Assembly: GCA_040954595.2 (NCBI GenBank)
Contig: CM082576.2
Location: 6,451,129-6,515,128 of the forward strand
Direction: 5' to 3'
DNA: 64,000 bases
DNA from: Balanoglossus misakiensis
Taxonomy: Eukaryota; Animalia; Hemichordata
Below the pieces are notes generated by a model that saw nothing but the letters and a program-made list of their open reading frames with translations, did no database searches and was not told the DNA's origin. Within the stretch, counting starts at the first letter, position 1; every line of letters starts with the position of its first letter. This document shows positions 51,158-64,000 of the stretch, piece by piece. Position numbers and translations under genes: made by a program.

Positions 51158-51271
51158 ATGACCCAACGTGAACGTGCGAACCCAAGTCTGTTTACGACCA
51201 TCCCCGAGCAGCCAGCTCAAAAGAAGGCAGGGCAGCTGAATGAACAGCAATTGCGACAGTTCTTCGAAGAG
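51158..51271 (+). CDS. PhyH-like exon 1
   Basis: aaacATG; MTQRERANPSLF...QLRQFFEE|gtcagt. Confidence 0.85.
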
Positions 51272-54200
51272 GTCAGTCCCACAGAGTATGCACTCTTATA
51301 TTTTGCCAGTCATGCCTGACGAGGATAGACTGCTCTTTTTTCACCGTGTGAAAACACGTGTCCCATTGAATGTATTATTGGGCCACGGGAAAGGGAGAAC
51401 AGATAACTTGCTGCGTTGAAATAGTCCCTGTTACCATGGTTACTGAGCATGAGTCCAAGTGTCGATTACATAAAGTGCGAGGCTCGAGGTTTTGCCTGGG
51501 TTGGTTTAGTAGTCCAACCCCCACCAGGCACAACGTCAAGCCACGGCACTGCAACAACTATGTCCCTGCATAGAATGTTTTCGGAAGAGGAGTCATGAGG
51601 ACATTCATACCGTGAGAGCGAGAAGATTGATAGATTATCTTAATCATTTGATGTGTACATTACAGTGTAGGAGAATTTCATTTCAATGACATTAACTGAA
51701 CCAATTTTATTAATTAATACCCAATACACTTTATAATATAGTATTATTTCTCTTTTTATCAATTTATAAAAGTCACAGTGCTAAATCAGATTGGGTTCCA
51801 ACTTTAATCTGAAAGGTTACAACTTTCAATATAATTAATTGCTAGGCAGAAATCCTAAGGATTTAGTCAAAGAGGATGAGTGGAATCTCTCAAAGAGATG
51901 AGTTTTCTTCTATAATTGGTTTTATGAACAGCTTTGGTAGCTCAAATCCGTAAAAATCGAACAGTTGATTGATGCAGATACAAACTCAGGTGCAAACTCA
52001 TTAGGTTCACCAGACTGTGTCCTGTATTTTTCTCTCTGAGAACCCCAATCTTGAGTTCACCTCAGGAAACAGATGTTGTGTGGACGTGTAAGGGTATTCT
52101 TCAGAATCACTTCAATCACAGAGTCAGTCAGTCAAATCACAGTGAATTGCCATGACACAATGTGCCATTGTAAGGCCGCCCATTTCCGTTCCTTGTTGAC
52201 ATGTTTTTTTTTCTTTCCCTGTAATTTTTCTCTATATTAATATTTTACGGTGTACTTTCAAGTTTTAATGTCTGAAGTCATACTGAGTACATGTACATTA
52301 GAAACAAAATTTGGTTGTATAAAGAAGGTAATGTCTGTACATGTACTGATTACGCCCTAAAATTGGTGCTCATCTCAAATCTGGTTGTTGTTGGAAACAA
52401 CTACATGTACTATTAAGGCCTTGTTTCAAGGTCATTTCAAGGATACAACAGACTCAGTGAACAACATTTGGGTTGTAACCTCACAGAAGACACTGTCAAC
52501 AATGCTCAGATGTTTATTGATGTCATAAACATACAATGAAAGTAATTGAGTCTGTAATGAAAACACCATAAAAACTGTCTCCCTGTCTGACAGGTGTTAT
52601 CCTCACAGTGTGGACTCCATTTGAATGTAAGGACACCCTTTGTGTCACTCCAACCTTGTTTTCTGTGTCAAATTGAACCAAGTCAGTCAAACAGGGGATC
52701 AAACTCCATCTTTGTTCAACAAGGCCGTTTCTTTCTGCTAGCCTGTTGAACAAACAAGGTCCCTGAAGAACAAATAGTGGTTGTCGCAAATTGGAGATTT
52801 GGTTGAGTAAAGACACTCCATCAGTAGACGTAATGTGAAAACATTATAATTTATTTGTTTACTTTTAAAGTATGTTCACACAGTGACATGGCATATAAAG
52901 GAGTACTTGCACCCCACATGTTCATTATTAACTCAAACACGAACTCACATGACAAAGTCGTCAACCTTGGGCCATGCATGACTATTCTACTGGTCAAGCT
53001 GAAAATTTCGAATATGGGCGTTGGTGGCGCTATCACACCAGGTTTCTTGGTTGTTTGATGGTTATGCTGTATGGACCACACTTCCTCTTTTAAATTGTGT
53101 ACCAGTGATTCTATGAACAGATTTAAGAGAAAGTTAAGCCTGCTCTAAATGTTTAAATGTTCTCAACAGGGTTACGTCGTAGTGGAGAATTTCTTCAGCA
53201 GAGAGGAACTGCAACCAGTACGAGATGCAGTGGACAGCTGTGTGGACAGACTGGCAAATAAACTCCATGATGCCGGCAAAATCACAAGTAAGACCAAGGG
53301 GCGAAATTTTCCACCTTTTTAAGCTTAATCATAATGCTTTGATTACCATAATATGCTCCTGTCCATATTATATATGCTGTCATTTGCCCATATGGATATC
53401 ATGTGAAGATCTGTTCACTTCAGTTGAGTGAAATGTTTTTATCCATAAACAGAGAAGCACCAAGATGCTGGACTCTTCAAACGGATGAGTCTGATAGAAA
53501 AGCAGTTTCCTGGAGCCTCGGTGCTGCTTCACAAAACAGGATGGCTGCCACAGGTATTAAGCATTATTTTTTTTTCTTGTGGCCAAACGGCCCAGTTTGT
53601 GCACTGTAAACTTAGACAGACTTATATACTTGTAGTTGTTATGAGGTTCAAAATCATCTGTATCTCAGTGTGTATTTCTTTGTTAACAGGCGTTCCGGGA
53701 TCTGTGGTCCAATGAAAGACTTCTCAATGTTGCTGAGCAGATGATTGGTCCAGAGATTGCTGGACACCCAGTGTGGAACTTGCGTGTCAAAGTAAAGTGT
53801 ACTTTTTTGCATTGTGTTTCCCAAAACAAATATCTTCACTCAACAGTACACCCTTTGTAAATGCCATTTGTTTATGACGGTGGTCTTGTACCTGTACCTG
53901 TACCTGTAAGAGAAGAAAAATTCATAAATCAAGTAGCCAACCAATCTCATGGTCCTACATTTGGTGGTGATTCTAATATTGCACTGTCAGTCTATTGGTA
54001 GTTTGCAGAAACAGACAGGACATAGCAATATGTTTTTACTGATGCTGTTGGCAGGCTCTCAGAATGTGCCCTGTCTTTCACAGGTACCCCATAATGAAGA
54101 AGCAACCGTGCCGTGGCATCAAGGTGATTCACCGTATGAACGCAGCTAGCTTTCATTTCAATCAGACACGCGCAAGCTTAATTACAATATCATCGTCATC

Positions 54201-55810
54201 ATTTGCATTGTCTAAAAGATAAAGTGCTGCTGTAGGGTTTAAATGGCCAGCGTGTAAGGGTGAGTGAATGTAAAACTGAGTTGGTTGAGTAAAAAAAAAT
54301 TGCAATTTGTAAAGTGGTCGAATCAAGGGTTGTCAACTTGTACAGTCACTATTGGTTATCCTTTAAACATGGGTGAATGTGGAATTGTAATAGGTACATT
54401 AGCCATTGGTTAAAGGGATTGAACATATTCCCATTGATATGGGTGTGCAATAGAATGCTGAATCTAGTAATAAAGGTGATTTTTAATGGAATTGATGGTG
54501 GAAGTTTACTATAATCTCCAAATGTATTTGTGTCATTGACTGTAGTGATTCCTGTACCCCTTTTTTTCAGATTGTGCATACCTGGATTCAGACGCATTGA
54601 AAGTACTTCAGCCCACTGCATGGATTCCTCTATTGGATGCCAAAGAATACAATGGCTGTATGCAGGTATGAGAACTTAGGCATGATTTCCGTTATATTTG
54701 GCAATTGATGTCTGAGGTTGTGATAAAGAGCGCCCTCACACGACGCTTTTCTCGATTTTGGGTGCCGGCCAAGACAGCATGATTTACCTTCATATGATAT
54801 TCTGTCAATCATCAATTCTGTTGTTAAAACAGAGTGCGATGGAAATAGCAACACAGAGATGTGATTTTTTTATTCTCTTTCACCCAGGTTGCCAAAGGGG
54901 GCCACAGAAGTGGTATGCTTGGAAAGCACGTTTGTTGTTCCGGGGGAACCTGGTACGTGGATCTCACCGAAGAAGAAATGGAGAAGACACTGAAGGTCAA
55001 CATGAAAGAAGACATTGTGACCTGTGAAGTGCCTTACGGTGGCGTGCTGTTCATCAACAATCTGATTCCGCACAGAAGGTGAGGGGGAGTTTTGCCAGAA
55101 TATATGGCTGCCGTCAGTGCTGACAAAATGGATGCTTCTTGGTGTGGCTGTACAAACATTAGAAAACTGTGTAGTCGTCACTCTTCGGCTGTGAATAACA
55201 AAAATCAGCTAAATTTGTATTGAAGTGTAGCATTGACCACAGAACTCGTCATCTTCAGTCTGCAGAATTTCTCCGAGGATATTCGTTGGAGTCTAGATCT
55301 CCGGTGGCAGCGGCCAGATCTTTCCAATGGATTCTACGGTCTGAAGAACAACGTGTTGATGAGAACCAAGAAGGACAGCAATTTGGTGATCGATTTTGAT
55401 GGTTTCGACAAAGTGGACAGACACAAAGAAGCTCATAAATCAACAGAGGTATGGTATTGCCATGACTACTGTTGAGTCATCATATTTCAGTCAGCCAAGA
55501 AATTAACTTCCGGCCACAAGCAAAGTAACATCACTTTGAAGCAGTGATGGTCAATTGTGACATTGTCTTGGCCTTCAAGGGAGAGGGTGACCGTTGTCTA
55601 GTATTATTTGGGTTAATATTTTCAATTTTTTCTGCTTTGGTTGGCAGTCTTGTTTCTGACATCACGTTTCTTTTCTAGGGTCACGAAGCTGATGAATTTG
55701 ACACCACCATACCTGGACCGTGGATGTATCGCTGGGATATCGTGCACCATAACAGACATACTGCAAAGTTACAGGAGGCTTCCATTGGTACATCCTGGCA
55801 TAAAGCATAG
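51158..55810 (+). CDS. PhyH-family (phytanoyl-CoA dioxygenase domain) Fe(II)/2-oxoglutarate dioxygenase; join(51158..51271,53170..53287,53453..53553,53690..53791,54084..54123,54571..54665,54888..55078,55259..55448,55679..55810), 360 aa
   Basis: L-x-E-Q-Q-L-x-x-F-x-E-x-GYVVVENFFS N-terminal motif; PWHQD (HxD); TAWIPLLDA...NGCMQV; GGVLFINNLIPHRS...N...IRWSLDLRWQ (distal His and 2OG-binding Arg). All 8 introns are GT-AG and phase-consistent (1083 nt). Confidence 0.93.
53170..53287 (+). CDS. PhyH-like exon 2
   Basis: GYVVVENFFSREELQPVRDAV...; ag|...|gtaag. Confidence 0.92.
53453..53553 (+). CDS. PhyH-like exon 3
   Basis: KHQDAGLFKRMSLIEKQFPGASVLLHKTGWLPQ. Confidence 0.9.
53690..53791 (+). CDS. 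PhyH-like exon 4
   Basis: AFRDLWSNERLLNVAEQMIGPEIAGHPVWNLRVK. Confidence 0.92.
54084..54123 (+). CDS. PhyH-like exon 5
   Basis: VPHNEEATVPWHQ(D); 40 nt. Confidence 0.92.
54571..54665 (+). CDS. PhyH-like exon 6
   Basis: CAYLDSDALKVLQPTAWIPLLDAKEYNGCMQ. Confidence 0.93.
54888..55078 (+). CDS. PhyH-like exon 7
   Basis: VAKGGHRSG...VPYGGVLFINNLIPHR. Confidence 0.93.
55259..55448 (+). CDS. PhyH-like exon 8
   Basis: SLQNFSEDIRWSLDLRWQRP... Confidence 0.92.
55679..55810 (+). CDS. PhyH-like last exon
   Basis: GHEADEFDTTIPGPWMYRWDIVHHNRHT...WHKA*; AATAAA at 56146 and 56235 downstream. Confidence 0.9.
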   Translation, partial: GHEADEFDTTIPGPWMYRWDIVHHNRHTAKLQEASIGTSWHKA

Positions 55811-56846
55811 ATGAGAACATTTAGCTCACAGAACTCCACAGTAGATTTGGACTGTGAATTGGAGATGTTGGCTGGTCCTCGCCTCATTGAGCAAAGTGTA
55901 TGCCTGAAAAGAAATAATTCAAAATTCTAGTTTGATTTTATACCGCAGAAGTGGAAAATTTTACAAAAATATTGAGCAAAATTGGGATTGATTTCTGTGC
56001 AATATTTTAATTTTGAGTTAACAGGGTTTGACTTATGTTGTATTTACTGCATATGTGTAGTACTGTGTGTGGAGTCAAGTTTTTTCCTGTTTACTTTGTG
56101 AAAATCTTTTAGTCTTATGGACATGGTCTGTGACGGTAATTGTAAAATAAAGATCTGTTAATTTTTCACCATATGACAGAAAGAGGAAGGGGAATTGAAA
56201 TCTAGCAAGAAATGTACATTGTTGTGTTATACACAATAAAACAAATTGGAACATCATCCATGATCCCAGACTGTCTCTATCTGTCCAGAACTGCCCTCTT
56301 GAGTTGATACTGAGCAATGCTTGAAATTCTATCGAAACCATACACATCACAGGTCACTGTAGTTTGGTACAGCGCTTATAATATAATAGAGAGTGTCTCG
56401 TCGGGGAACCATCAATGAGAAAACTAACTTGGGAAAAGCAAAAGTTTCTGAAAGGGCAAGCCTCACAAAAAAAGTTTTATGTGATAAAAATGATGATCAC
56501 AAAGACAGTGCAACTTTGACCAAAATGACCCATATGGTATGGTAAGAGATGTGATTTGCAAGTCAAAATCAGATGGTGTGGAGGGACATGTGAGAAACAA
56601 TTCGCCAAATATTAGGGTTATGAAAGAATAACGATTTGGCAGAGATGCTGGGTATAAAAGAAATGCGCCGCATTGTCAGCCCCTCCCCTGGACATCATAT
56701 GGTCCACCCCTTACGTCTGCTAAGCCGCTTGTGTACATTTTGCTGAAGTAGGTTACTGAGCATGCGTACATTAATCTGTTCATTGCTGTGTACATTTTGT
56801 GTCGCTCCACGTAAATGTAAACGCCGGTATCGTACGCGGAAGAAAA

Positions 56847-63628
<6,782 letters not shown>

Positions 63629-64000
63629 GTGAGTATTTTGGATTTGTTGGTATGTGGATTTGACTTTTCGAGGTGTTTGAAATAAACTGTGCAGTGTTTT
63701 CACCCTTTTGCCACAAGGATCCAGAAAATAACGTTCTGTGCAAACATTTGACGGTTGCTGACAACAAATTGATTTCAGTCTTTAGATGATCCCATCATTG
63801 GCACGTAATACATTCACACTTCCTGGTTAAATTTTTTTTCGTCATATCAAATTCCTGATACATGTATGGTAACCATGTGAACTTCAGACGGAATGTGTAA
63901 AAAATTTCAGTTTAATTATAGAGCAGGTTTCTGAAGTAGATTCTTTTGCAATGCACTGTTTATCCTTAATGGCCAAAGCGAATATTAAATATCCCATGTG

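Overview
Eukaryotic (animal) genomic DNA. It is probably from a non-vertebrate deuterostome; this is inferred from compact introns, mosaic CpG depletion and TTAA-flanked MITEs, and the species cannot be fixed from sequence alone. Five intron-containing genes can be reconstructed with GT-AG junctions and consistent phases. (1) A stum/Spec3-family membrane protein (minus, 3 coding exons, 159 aa). (2) A clusterin homolog (minus, 5 coding exons, 604 aa) with both 5-Cys clusters, a furin site and an unusual ~280-aa acidic, apolipoprotein-like helical insert. (3) SPRTN/Spartan protease (minus, 6 exons, 520 aa). (4) A PhyH-family Fe(II)/2OG dioxygenase (plus, 9 exons, 360 aa), head-to-head with SPRTN. 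(5) The 5' part of PLEKHD1 (plus, first 6 exons, running off the window). Non-coding DNA holds two solo-LTR-like elements with TGTTACG...CGTAACA ends, a Kolobok-like MITE, microsatellites and several RFX X-box motifs around stum. Most short ORFs in the supplied track are noise or exon fragments. All homology calls come from recognising motifs by eye, not from database searches.
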